This document shows, one piece after another, positions 17,272 to 25,693 of a stretch of DNA of 32,000 bases. The notes beneath the pieces are model-generated. The model saw only the letters and a program-made list of their open reading frames with translations. It was not told where the DNA came from and did not search any database. The number at the start of each line of letters is the position of its first letter. The stretch's first letter is position 1. Made by a program: the position numbers and the translations under genes. Source of the stretch: Candidatus Saccharimonadota bacterium (GTDB lineage: Bacteria; Patescibacteriota; Saccharimonadia; Saccharimonadales; Saccharimonadaceae). Where the stretch lies: assembly GCA_049296095.1 (NCBI GenBank), contig JBAQRV010000001.1, forward strand, positions 270,001-302,000, in the 5' to 3' direction.

Positions 17272-18827
17272 ACGAGCCACAACGACTTGCAAAGGACTTT
17301 TGGCCCCACTTTAATCGCGGCGTCACCATTCTCATCATTCTGATACAAGCATCCTTTTTAGTCGCCGTCGCCGCCCTTCTATACTTTCTCGACCTGTTTA
17401 CTAACCATCCCATAGCCTTTGCGAGTATTCTCATTATCCAGGCAGTCCTTGGGACGATCGCTTCACTCATCATCTACCAGTTCGTCGCACGTCCGATAAG
17501 AGATCTCTTAGCAGCCATTATTCATGTCTCTGGCGAACCAACCGCGATCACGCCCCCGAACCCTAACGATGCTCGTTTTGCGCGCAGTGGATTTAAACAG
17601 GTCCTCCAAACGATCTACCAATTAGCCAGTAAGGACACAGTATTAGACTCAGCCCCCGCACCCGTGGCTCAACCCGGGGAAGTGCACCCCGTATCCAGCC
17701 CGTCTCATCTCATTGAGACTGCCCTCAACGAGACGATTTGTGGCTTTGTTGTGATGAACAAGGACCGCGTCATTACCTATTCAAACAAAGCGGCACCTAT
17801 ACAGGTTGATCAAAACGGCGTTGCGTCACTCAGTCTCTTGTTCAATGGCGAAGATACGCTCGCAGCCTGGTTAGCCGAATGTGAGGAGAGCGCTGTCCAC
17901 GCCGAGCACACTTGGTCACGTGTCCCAGATAAACTACCAGACGAAGAGAATCGTCGCTTTTTCGATGTCATCGCATCATACGACAAGGGAGCTGAAAGCG
18001 AAGTCGTCCTGACACTTATTGACCGAACTCAGCTATATAATGTCGGCGAACAAGAGCTTGATTTCATCGCTTTTGCTGCTCATGAATTGCGTGGGCCAAT
18101 TACCGTTATTCGCGGCTATCTTGATGTTCTAGAGGATGAATTAAAAGATGTTCTCAAGGACGATCAACACGAGTTGTTCCGCCGCCTGACAGTCTCGGCT
18201 AACCGCCTATCTGGCTATATTAACAATATCTTAAATACCTCTCGCTATGATCGTCGTCACCTCAAAATGCACTTGGCAGAGACGACAGTCGCTTCTGTTT
18301 ACGACACTATTAGGGACGACATGCAACTACGCGCCAGCGCCCAAAACCGCTTACTATCCGTCACCATCCCCGAGGGGCTTCCAACCATAGCCGCAGACCC
18401 CGCCAGCCTGAGTGAAGTCTTTGGCAACCTTATCGACAATGCCATTAAGTACAGTAACGAGGGTGGCGCCATTAATGTTACAGCGGCCGTCAAAGGTGAT
18501 TTCGTTGAAATAGCCGTCGAAGACCACGGTATCGGCATGCCAGGCAATGTCGTCAGTAATCTCTTCCAAAAGTTTTACCGCTCACACCGTTCCCGCGAAA
18601 CTGTCGCCGGAACGGGTATCGGCCTCTATATTTCCAAGGCAATCGTTGAATCACACGGCGGTACCATTAGTGTCAGGAGCGAAGAAGGCAAGGGCTCAAC
18701 CTTTATCGTTTCACTTCCGACCTTCCAATCAGTTGCAGACAAGCTCAAAGCAGGTAATAATAGTAACGAAGGATTTATCGAGCAAAACAGTGGTTGGATT
18801 AAAAACCACTCAATGTATCGAGGGTAG
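17262..18827 (+). CDS. Sensor histidine kinase (HK1)
   Basis: GTG start 5 nt after GGAGGT, overlapping the upstream gene by 10 nt. Two N-terminal TM segments. H-box AAHELRGPITVIRGY, N-box NLIDNAIKYS, G1 DHGIGMP, G2 GTGIGLYISKAIVESHGG. Confidence 0.9.
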   Translation: MAVNEPQRLAKDFWPHFNRGVTILIILIQASFLVAVAALLYFLDLFTNHPIAFASILIIQAVLGTIASLIIYQFVARPIRDLLAAIIHVSGEPTAITPPNPNDARFARSGFKQVLQTIYQLASKDTVLDSAPAPVAQPGEVHPVSSPSHLIETALNETICGFVVMNKDRVITYSNKAAPIQVDQNGVASLSLLFNGEDTLAAWLAECEESAVHAEHTWSRVPDKLPDEENRRFFDVIASYDKGAESEVVLTLIDRTQLYNVGEQELDFIAFAAHELRGPITVIRGYLDVLEDELKDVLKDDQHELFRRLTVSANRLSGYINNILNTSRYDRRHLKMHLAETTVASVYDTIRDDMQLRASAQNRLLSVTIPEGLPTIAADPASLSEVFGNLIDNAIKYSNEGGAINVTAAVKGDFVEIAVEDHGIGMPGNVVSNLFQKFYRSHRSRETVAGTGIGLYISKAIVESHGGTISVRSEEGKGSTFIVSLPTFQSVADKLKAGNNSNEGFIEQNSGWIKNHSMYRG

Positions 18828-18832
18828 ACACT

Positions 18833-19219
18833 ATGGCAATTAAAACAATTCTCGTGATCGAAGACGACCGCTTTATCGGTGAGATGTACGTCCGTAGCCT
18901 CAAGAAGGCCGGATACACGGTTGATTGGATGGTGGACGGCAACGACGGCCTGATTGCTGCGCGCAACAAACCATTCGACCTCATCCTACTGGACGTGATG
19001 TTGCCAGAAAGAAGAGGGACTGAAATCCTCGAGGCCCTGCGAGGCGGCGCCGAAGACCTCATTCCTCATTCTAAAGTGATTGTCTTAACTAATTTTGAAC
19101 AAGACGACGAATCTCGATTGGCGATGGAGAAGCGAGCCGATGGCTACCTGATTAAAGCCGAAATTACTCCCAGCAAGCTTCTGGCCGTTATTCAACAGCT
19201 TGATCAAACAAAGGCCTAG
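18833..19219 (+). CDS. Stand-alone receiver-domain response regulator (RR1, no output domain)
   Basis: 128 aa: ILVIEDD...FDLILLDVMLP...VIVLTN...YLIKAEI, with nothing beyond the REC fold. Confidence 0.9.
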   Translation: MAIKTILVIEDDRFIGEMYVRSLKKAGYTVDWMVDGNDGLIAARNKPFDLILLDVMLPERRGTEILEALRGGAEDLIPHSKVIVLTNFEQDDESRLAMEKRADGYLIKAEITPSKLLAVIQQLDQTKA

Positions 19220-19222
19220 TAG

Positions 19223-19879
19223 GTGGCGCGACGAACCATCAAAGCGCCCAGCAAGCTCATAGCCGAGTCGCTCTTCGATGATCATTCAGAACTTACAACG
19301 CTATATCCGAAGGTAAGGCCGATCAATTCAAATCCGATTTCAACACCCGCCGAAATCGCCGAGCGTCACCAAAAGGCACTCGATAACCAAGTGCGGTCGC
19401 TTCGAAACATGACATTTAAAATCGGACTTTTCATCGCCGGGCCCTATATCCTTGCCCTGTTCACAATTCAACAGGTTATTATCCGCATTGTGTATATTAG
19501 CCCGGGTGACATTGGCGGGGGAATGTCGATCGTATTCGCCAGCTTTCTGTTCGCGACCGCGACTGTCTTTTCTACTTATTTCTTATTCCACCGCGTAAAG
19601 GAGATTTTCAATCACAGCCACGGACTGAAGGTTTGGCCCATTATGACAACCATCGTCGTCAGTATGATCGGCATCACACCACTACTATTCCGTTTCGTTG
19701 ACCTACTTCCCATTGGTGGGTTGTTGGGTTATTTTACTACCCTGGCACTCGTTGTCGGCGTCACAATCGCTCTCACCGGCAGCCTGCTCTATATCTGGAC
19801 AACCAAACTTAATCCTAGAATTAAAATTGGTATCCTCATACTATACATCGCCATTTTCACAGTGTTATTTTTTATATAA
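19223..19879 (+). CDS. Hypothetical polytopic membrane protein
   Basis: GTG start 3 nt after the RR1 stop. Four to five hydrophobic segments (FKIGLFIAGPYILALFTI, MSIVFASFLFATATVFSTYFLF, IMTTIVVSMIGITPLLF, LLGYFTTLALVVGVTIALTGSLLYIW, IGILILYIAIFTVLFFI). The start codon is uncertain. Confidence 0.55.
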   Translation: MARRTIKAPSKLIAESLFDDHSELTTLYPKVRPINSNPISTPAEIAERHQKALDNQVRSLRNMTFKIGLFIAGPYILALFTIQQVIIRIVYISPGDIGGGMSIVFASFLFATATVFSTYFLFHRVKEIFNHSHGLKVWPIMTTIVVSMIGITPLLFRFVDLLPIGGLLGYFTTLALVVGVTIALTGSLLYIWTTKLNPRIKIGILILYIAIFTVLFFI

Positions 19880-20011
19880 GACCACCTCGCCGCTGGACAT
19901 AACCCCTGTTATTTGATAGAGTAGGGCAGTCAAGGGTCCCATATCTTCGATATGTAACCGCTCGGCTTGGAATAGAAAATGAACAAGTTAATTTTCTATT
20001 CTCTCACTCTC

Positions 20012-20086
20012 GCGGTCCCATCGTCTAACGGTTAGGACACCAGGTTCTCATCCTGGCAATCCGGGTTCGATTCCCGGTGGGATCAC
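20012..20086 (+). tRNA. tRNA-Glu (anticodon CTC), CCA encoded
   Basis: GGTCCCA-TC-GTCTAACGGTTAGGAC-A-CCAGG-TTCTCAT-CCTGG-CAAT-CCGGG-TTCGATT-CCCGG-TGGGATC-A-CCA. Confidence 0.9.
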
Positions 20087-20095
20087 CAATATTAT

Positions 20096-20120
20096 TAAAT
20101 AAGCCTTCGGGCTTATTTTG
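20096..20120 (+). terminator. Rho-independent terminator after tRNA-Glu
   Basis: aataagcc-ttcg-ggcttatt stem-loop followed by ttgtt. The T-tract overlaps the next promoter. Confidence 0.7.
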
Positions 20121-20125
20121 TTATA
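20117..20125 (+). promoter_or_regulatory. Extended -10 TGtTATACT followed by a 24-nt leader with SD AAGGAG
   Basis: ttTGtTATACTgaatcataacAAGGAGtatttATG(20150). Confidence 0.5.
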
Positions 20126-20149
20126 CTGAATCATAACAAAGGAGTATTT

Positions 20150-20638
20150 ATGGGAGTTGAGCAGAGTTGGCTGCGAACGGACGGCAAGGCGGGTTCTGTA
20201 GATTTAGCCATTTTAGCTAATGAGGGGAAGGCTACTATTCAATCGGTCAGCTTCAGAACACTTAGCAAGCTTCGGTACACACTCAGCCCTCTTGATGGTA
20301 CAGAACTCCAGTCGGCGGATGGCATTATCACACCTGTACATCTTGAATTCGATCCTTGGGCAAGAATGAATGGCGGGTTTATTGAAGAAACAGGCATAGC
20401 CTTGCGATCTATCAAACAGTGGGTGACTGAACGTCGACACTTTCCCAACCCTGGAGAAGTTGCTATTGCGAACGCTATCGTTCGTGAAGGTGATCCGCTT
20501 GTCATTAATGGACGAGAGACAAGTCCTGTTGATGTCGCCTGGGTTACGGAGTTCGTTGATCTCTCGGAAGCATCCATGATTACAAGGGATTCTGAAACTG
20601 ACGTAGCAACTGGCGAAATGTCATTTGCTCATTTTTAA
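20150..20638 (+). CDS. Hypothetical protein (no recognisable motif)
   Basis: 162-aa ORF with a canonical AAGGAG SD 7 nt upstream and its own promoter. Confidence 0.6.
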   Translation: MGVEQSWLRTDGKAGSVDLAILANEGKATIQSVSFRTLSKLRYTLSPLDGTELQSADGIITPVHLEFDPWARMNGGFIEETGIALRSIKQWVTERRHFPNPGEVAIANAIVREGDPLVINGRETSPVDVAWVTEFVDLSEASMITRDSETDVATGEMSFAHF

Positions 20639-20665
20639 TACACGGTTCCACCTTACAACCTATTC

Positions 20666-20950
20666 TTGTTCCATGTCCCTATATTCGGAGGGTGGCGACA
20701 TTATACGTTGTTTGAGGCGTCACAAGAAGAGTTCCATATTGGCTGGGCCAGTCGAATCAATAGGAAGCTAGCCCAAGCGGCAATTCATCGATTGACACTT
20801 TTTGATGGGCATGTTCGAATGTTGAATGGAGCGGGCAACTCAGAGACAGATTTTTTCGCAGTAGATCCAGATGGTATACAAATCGACATCCAGGTTGCTG
20901 GCACAGGAGTGCTTGGCGACAGTCAATTTCCTGGAACTCGGCTGCTTTAG
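20666..20950 (+). CDS. Hypothetical ORF in the same frame as 20150..20638, separated from it by a single TAA. It may be the severed 3' part of one gene.
   Basis: TTG start, no SD. 20666-20150=516, a multiple of 3. The 9 codons between the TAA (20636-20638) and 20666 contain no stop. Confidence 0.3.
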   Translation: MFHVPIFGGWRHYTLFEASQEEFHIGWASRINRKLAQAAIHRLTLFDGHVRMLNGAGNSETDFFAVDPDGIQIDIQVAGTGVLGDSQFPGTRLL

Positions 20951-21165
20951 GCGGACCATACTTAAGTAAGTAGGTAATGATACGTTTCAACGCATAATTT
21001 CACCCACAATTACTTTATAAACCGAAGCCCTGCACTTTTTCGTGATACCATATACCTATGCTTTTGCAAGTGGCTTGTCGCCATTTGACGCTATGTCTTA
21101 AAGACAAAGCGGTTGCACTGTTCAAAAGGAGTACATTGTCATCAGCCAGGAAAAAAGACCCCTAA

Positions 21166-21194
21166 TTGTACATTCGACCCAAAAATGGTATAAT
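21166..21194 (+). promoter_or_regulatory. Sigma-70-type promoter TTGTAC-17 nt-TGgTATAAT, 8 nt upstream of ATG 21203
   Basis: TTGTACattcgacccaaaaaTGgTATAATataattatATG. Confidence 0.6.
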
Positions 21195-21202
21195 ATAATT
21201 AT

Positions 21203-21961
21203 ATGACCCTCAATGAGCCTCGTGATTCCTTTCCTAGCGACGCTGAATTAGCGTCTTTTCTTGAGGAAAGCACCCGAGAAATGCAACAAGAGAACGAAGA
21301 CCCTGAAAAAGCTCAGGCTCTCCACAACCAACGCCTCGAAGATGAGGCTAATGTGATCATCATAGAGGTATTGGAGCGGAAGGGATACACACCATCGACA
21401 GATAATGTTATCGCCTTTAAAGAGCAACACCTTCTCAAGGAAGCTTCACAAATTCTTCGAATATATCAAGACTGCCTGGAAACGCCTTTAACAATAGCGC
21501 AAGGGGATTTTTTTAACCGAGCAAAAAAACGCTTGTTCGCCGTTGGAGCAGTCACCCATGGACTTCCGACAGATGCTCCTATCTTTGCCATTCTTGAAGA
21601 CATCTTACCTGGTGAAAAAGTCGACTTTGACGATGAAAATATGACCGAATTTTCACTCGAAGCAATGGAGATACTTGCCAACACAAGGGTACGCGAACAG
21701 CACTGGTTTGAATTTCATAATGGTCTGCGCGGTCTGATCGAATCCTTCAGCGGATCGGCTGATGAAGACTTCGGTCAATCAATATCTCAGGGCCTAATCA
21801 ATTTTACAGATGATATCATTACACTCCTAAATCGAAAAACTATCACCGACCGCGAAAGAGCACAGCTTCTCGACTATCTCGCGAAGGGTTCCTCATTCGG
21901 CTATAACGTTGCTCAGGGTATCATTACCTACACAAAAGAGCACAAACACCTCCTCGAATAA
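21203..21961 (+). CDS. Hypothetical acidic, probably helical protein
   Basis: 252-aa ORF rich in E/D/L (EESTREMQQENEDPEKAQALHNQRLEDEANVIIIEVLE...). No family recognised. Confidence 0.6.
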   Translation: MTLNEPRDSFPSDAELASFLEESTREMQQENEDPEKAQALHNQRLEDEANVIIIEVLERKGYTPSTDNVIAFKEQHLLKEASQILRIYQDCLETPLTIAQGDFFNRAKKRLFAVGAVTHGLPTDAPIFAILEDILPGEKVDFDDENMTEFSLEAMEILANTRVREQHWFEFHNGLRGLIESFSGSADEDFGQSISQGLINFTDDIITLLNRKTITDRERAQLLDYLAKGSSFGYNVAQGIITYTKEHKHLLE

Positions 21962-22051
21962 TCTCTTGTCATAACCCCCGTTATGAGTCATACTAACCAC
22001 AAGAACTTTCACGCCTAAAAGCGAAAAGGGTAGGGGGCAGTTATCACACCA

Positions 22052-24007
22052 TTGTCATTGTCACGATTTTGGCACCGCCGAATTTATGAGGTGGTCTTTT
22101 TGCTATGCTTAGCTATTATCGCTCTCTACGTCGTGCCGATCGTCACAAATGTATCAGCGACCGGCTTATTCGGTATTAGCATTTGGGTAGCGATGAGCGC
22201 TGGCGTGACCGCTCTGGCAAGTTTGGCGCTTTACATCTTTAGTCCAAAACAACCACATTACGTCCTACCCCTGATGGTATACCTATTGTTTGCCGCCACC
22301 GTCGCACTACTTGTGATTCAAACGGGCGGCACGATGTCACCATTTATCGCCCTCTGGATGCTAGTGTCATTCTTTGGCGGTATTTTTGCCGTCTGGGGGG
22401 CAGTCCCTTTACTGGTTGCAAGTGCGGCTTTTATCGCCTCAATCTATCTCAATGGGGAGCTGTCGATCGGCGCAGTAGCATTAGTCGCCTTTACCTCAGT
22501 CGTTCCTCTCATTATCAGTATCGTTATCTGGCGCGACCAAGGTGAAAATGATGAAGCAACCAAAAATGTCAAAAACCTCGCCAGCCAGCTATCCGAGGTA
22601 GCGAATAAATCTGAAATTGTCATTAACGCCATTGGTGACGGCGTGATAGCTATTGATAGTCAAGGGGTCATCCAACTCATCAACCCCGCTGGACAGGAAC
22701 TCTTGGGATGGGGGAAGCAAGACGCCTTGATGCTTAATTACAAGTCAGTCTTACAGATGACCGACCAGAATAATCATGAAATAACACCCGAAAACGACCC
22801 GATTCGCCAGGTGCTGAACACCAACCAACAAATGCGCTCAAACAACCTTATTATCCTGACAAAATCAGGTAAAAAGATTAACGCCTCGATCGTCGTGTCG
22901 CCAATCGGTGAGTCTGGCAACGGAGTTATCACGGTATTTAGTGATATCACCAAGCAAAAAGCTGAAGAGCGCGAGCAAGCCGAATTCATCAGCACCGCCA
23001 GTCACGAAATGCGGACGCCGGTTGCTTCTATCGAAGGGTACTTGGGACTCGCACTGAACCCAAATACCGCCACAATTGATGAAAAGGCCCGTGACTTTAT
23101 CATGAAAGCCCACGAAGCCGCTCAGCACCTTGGACGCCTCTTCCAGGACCTGCTCGACGTCTCTAAATCCGAGGATGGCCGTATGACGAGCATACCGAAA
23201 GTTGTTGATATGACCGTCTTTACTCAGACGATTGTTCAAGGGTTAGCACCAAAGGCTCAAGAAAAGGGTCTCAAACTTGTCTATGTACCATCCGAAAATG
23301 ATGGGGTGAGAAAGATCGCCCCAGTATATTTTGTTAATCAGGATAACGACCATATCCGAGAAGTCCTAGATAATTTAATTGAAAACGGCATCAAATACAC
23401 GCCAAAAGGCGAGGTCATTGTCGACATCAATGGCACGGACGATAAAGTCATTGTCAGCGTCAAGGATACAGGTCTCGGCATCCCAGCCGAGGATATCCCG
23501 CATCTCTTTCAAAAATTCTACCGCGTCGATAATATCGACCGTCAGGCAATTGGCGGCACTGGCCTCGGCCTCTTCCTGTGTCGTCGTCTGGCCGAAGCTA
23601 TGGGTGGCCGACTTTGGGTAGAAAGTGTCTACACCAAAGGAAGCACCTTCTTCTTTGAACTACCTCGAGTCAACAGCCAAGACGCTACGCGGCTAAAGGA
23701 ACAGCAAGCCCTCCAGGCACAACAAGCCGCTGCTACACAGCCAACTGCTACAGCGCCTGTATTCACTCCTGCTCCTCAGGCCGCCACACCAGCCAGTACG
23801 CCTGCGCCGACCCCAATACCGACTTCATCCGAAACCAAACCAGCGACGACCGTCCCGCGCGGCGAGAGCCTCACCCGTGAACAAATTGCCGAGCATGTCC
23901 GTCAGCTCCAGGCGATGGCTCGTGGCACACAAACAGTCCCGCAACGCCCAGTCACACAGATCCCCGTCAGTGACGGATCACCACCTCCTGGACCACCCCA
24001 AGCATAA
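22052..24007 (+). CDS. Sensor histidine kinase (HK2) with polytopic N-terminus, PAS-like region and a P/A/T/Q-rich C-terminal tail
   Basis: H-box ASHEMRTPVASIEGY, N-box NLIENGIKYT, DTGLGIP, GTGLGLFLCRRLAEAMGG. The tail reads QALQAQQAAATQPTATAPVFTPAPQAATPASTPAPTPIPT...GSPPPGPPQA. The TTG start at 22052 is uncertain. Confidence 0.85.
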   Translation: MSLSRFWHRRIYEVVFLLCLAIIALYVVPIVTNVSATGLFGISIWVAMSAGVTALASLALYIFSPKQPHYVLPLMVYLLFAATVALLVIQTGGTMSPFIALWMLVSFFGGIFAVWGAVPLLVASAAFIASIYLNGELSIGAVALVAFTSVVPLIISIVIWRDQGENDEATKNVKNLASQLSEVANKSEIVINAIGDGVIAIDSQGVIQLINPAGQELLGWGKQDALMLNYKSVLQMTDQNNHEITPENDPIRQVLNTNQQMRSNNLIILTKSGKKINASIVVSPIGESGNGVITVFSDITKQKAEEREQAEFISTASHEMRTPVASIEGYLGLALNPNTATIDEKARDFIMKAHEAAQHLGRLFQDLLDVSKSEDGRMTSIPKVVDMTVFTQTIVQGLAPKAQEKGLKLVYVPSENDGVRKIAPVYFVNQDNDHIREVLDNLIENGIKYTPKGEVIVDINGTDDKVIVSVKDTGLGIPAEDIPHLFQKFYRVDNIDRQAIGGTGLGLFLCRRLAEAMGGRLWVESVYTKGSTFFFELPRVNSQDATRLKEQQALQAQQAAATQPTATAPVFTPAPQAATPASTPAPTPIPTSSETKPATTVPRGESLTREQIAEHVRQLQAMARGTQTVPQRPVTQIPVSDGSPPPGPPQA

Positions 24008-24052
24008 GTAGTATGGTAATTTCAACAAGTATCGGATAGAATAAAGGTAATT

Positions 24053-24940
24053 ATGGCGAAAATTTTATTGGTAGAAGACGACAAGAGCTTGCGCGAAATC
24101 TACGGCGTCCGTTTAATGGCTGAGGGCTATGAAATCGTATCAGCCGGTGATGGGGAAGAGGCTCTCGCAATGGCGATCAAAGAGCGTCCCAACCTTATTG
24201 TCAGCGATGTCATGATGCCAAAGATTAGTGGCTTTGACATGCTCGACATCCTCCGTAGTACCACCGAAACCAAAGACATTAAGGTTATTATGATGACCGC
24301 ACTTTCCAGTGATGACCAACGTGCCCGTGGCGAAGCCCTTGGTGCCGATCGTTACCTCGTCAAATCCCAGGTCGGTATCGAAGACGTCGTTCGCACCGTC
24401 CACGACGTACTCGGTGATGGTGTTCCAGGCGCCGCAGCCGCTCCGACAACCTTCCCACCAGCTCCGGCCGCCGCAACTACTCCAGCAACTGGACCAGTCG
24501 CGCCAACCCCAGTCCCTGAAGCGCCAGCCGTTTCTGCTATGCCAGTCCCAACTCCCGCTCCCGAGCCAGTGGTTCCAATCGCACCCGTCGCACCGATGAC
24601 ACCTCCAGCCGCTGCGCCTGTACCTATGACACCAGCAGCAGAGCCTGTAACTCCTCCTGTTATTAATCTTCCGCCAACGCCTGCACCTGCGCCAGTCACA
24701 CCACCAGCGGCACCTGTCGTACCAGCACCAACGCCGACGCAAATCCTCCCAGAGCCAACCGCGCCGTTCTCATCGCCGCGTCCAGCCTCACTCGGTGACA
24801 GGATCATTAATCCCATCGATCCGACCCTAGGTGGAGCACCGACCGTTGATATCGCTGCGCAGATGAACCAAGAGCTCAACGCTGCACCACAACCACCTTT
24901 GCCACCTCAGCCACCAGTTCCTCCAGTTCCCAGCGTCTAG
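24053..24940 (+). CDS. Response regulator (RR2): receiver domain plus a proline/alanine-rich low-complexity tail of about 175 aa, with no DNA-binding domain
   Basis: ILLVEDD...NLIVSDVMMP...VIMMTAL...YLVKSQ, then GVPGAAAAPTTFPPAPAAATTPATGPVAPTPVPEAP...PQPPLPPQPPVPPVPSV. Confidence 0.85.
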   Translation: MAKILLVEDDKSLREIYGVRLMAEGYEIVSAGDGEEALAMAIKERPNLIVSDVMMPKISGFDMLDILRSTTETKDIKVIMMTALSSDDQRARGEALGADRYLVKSQVGIEDVVRTVHDVLGDGVPGAAAAPTTFPPAPAAATTPATGPVAPTPVPEAPAVSAMPVPTPAPEPVVPIAPVAPMTPPAAAPVPMTPAAEPVTPPVINLPPTPAPAPVTPPAAPVVPAPTPTQILPEPTAPFSSPRPASLGDRIINPIDPTLGGAPTVDIAAQMNQELNAAPQPPLPPQPPVPPVPSV

Positions 24941-24942
24941 CC

Positions 24943-24951
24943 TGTTATACT
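24943..24951 (+). promoter_or_regulatory. Extended -10 TGtTATACT, 7 nt upstream of ATG 24959
   Basis: ccTGtTATACTgataccaATG. Confidence 0.5.
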
Positions 24952-24958
24952 GATACCA

Positions 24959-25633
24959 ATGAGTGAACGTCTCAACAAATATCTTGCCTTCCAATTAGGA
25001 GTGTCACGCCGCGAAGCCGACAGTCTTATTGAGCATGGTCATGTCCGCGTGAATGGTGAACTGGCGATTCTCGGTGGACGATTTGAGGAAGGGGAGGTAG
25101 TCACTGTAAAAGGAAAACCATTGGGTACTGAAGCGACTTACGAATACTTCGCCCTCAATAAACCGATTGGTTATGTCTCCTCACGCAAACAACAAGGCGA
25201 CATTCCAACAATTTATTCGCTGTTGCCAGAGAAGTATCACCACTTAAAACCTGTTGGCCGTCTCGACAAGGACAGTAGCGGGCTTATTTTACTGACCAAC
25301 GATGGTGACTTTGCCTTTCAAATGACGCACCCGAAGTTTTATAAGGTCAAGAAATACGAAGTCTCACTGGACCACGCCCTTGAACCGCTTCACCAGCAAA
25401 TGATCAATGATCACGGCATTCAACTCGAGGACGGTGAGAGCAAACTGACCTTGGAGCGAACCGATGACAGTCGAGAGCACTGGATCGTCATTATGCACGA
25501 GGGACGCAACCGACAGATTCGCCGAACCTTCGCAGCCCTGGGCTATGAGGTGACACGCCTCCACCGAACTGATTTTGGCAATTACACGATCGGCGATATG
25601 AAGCCAGGCGAGTTCGTTGCCGTTAGCAAATAA
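24959..25633 (+). CDS. Pseudouridine synthase, RsuA/RluB family (S4 domain plus catalytic domain)
   Basis: N-terminal S4-like RLNKYLAFQLGVSRREADSLIEHGHVRVNG. Catalytic motif GRLDKDSSGLILLTNDG. Confidence 0.85.
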   Translation: MSERLNKYLAFQLGVSRREADSLIEHGHVRVNGELAILGGRFEEGEVVTVKGKPLGTEATYEYFALNKPIGYVSSRKQQGDIPTIYSLLPEKYHHLKPVGRLDKDSSGLILLTNDGDFAFQMTHPKFYKVKKYEVSLDHALEPLHQQMINDHGIQLEDGESKLTLERTDDSREHWIVIMHEGRNRQIRRTFAALGYEVTRLHRTDFGNYTIGDMKPGEFVAVSK

Positions 25634-25673
25634 ATTCCGCATCCCGCTCATGCTCGCAAAATCTTCCTACCTC

Positions 25674-25682
25674 TGTTATAAT
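25674..25682 (+). promoter_or_regulatory. Extended -10 TGtTATAAT, 11 nt upstream of der ATG
   Basis: ctcTGtTATAATtacctccagttATG. Confidence 0.5.
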
Positions 25683-25693
25683 TACCTCCAGTT

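Noticed and set aside
19970-20001. Perfect 11-bp inverted repeat gaatagaaaat / attttctattc upstream of tRNA-Glu, and the palindrome atatcttcgatat at 19941-19953.
   Set aside because: They could be a terminator for 19223-19879 or an operator overlapping a possible tRNA promoter (TTGGAA...TAATTT). The stems are AT-rich, no clear U-tract follows, and each occurs only once, so there is not enough evidence to call a function.
21058-21165. 35-aa basic ORF (MLLQVACRHLTLCLKDKAVALFKRSTLSSARKKDP) with TGaTACCAT 6 nt upstream.
   Set aside because: It fits the leaderless pattern but is too short, the -10 match is weak, and nothing supports it beyond an open frame. It could be chance in an AT-rich spacer.
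24140-24879. Long minus-strand ORFs (200 aa and 175 aa, Trp/Arg/Gly-rich) and a plus-frame ORF at 24309-24599 under the RR2 tail.
   Set aside because: These are antisense or off-frame readings of the proline/alanine-rich tail (CCN/GCN repeats). They have no start signals and implausible composition.
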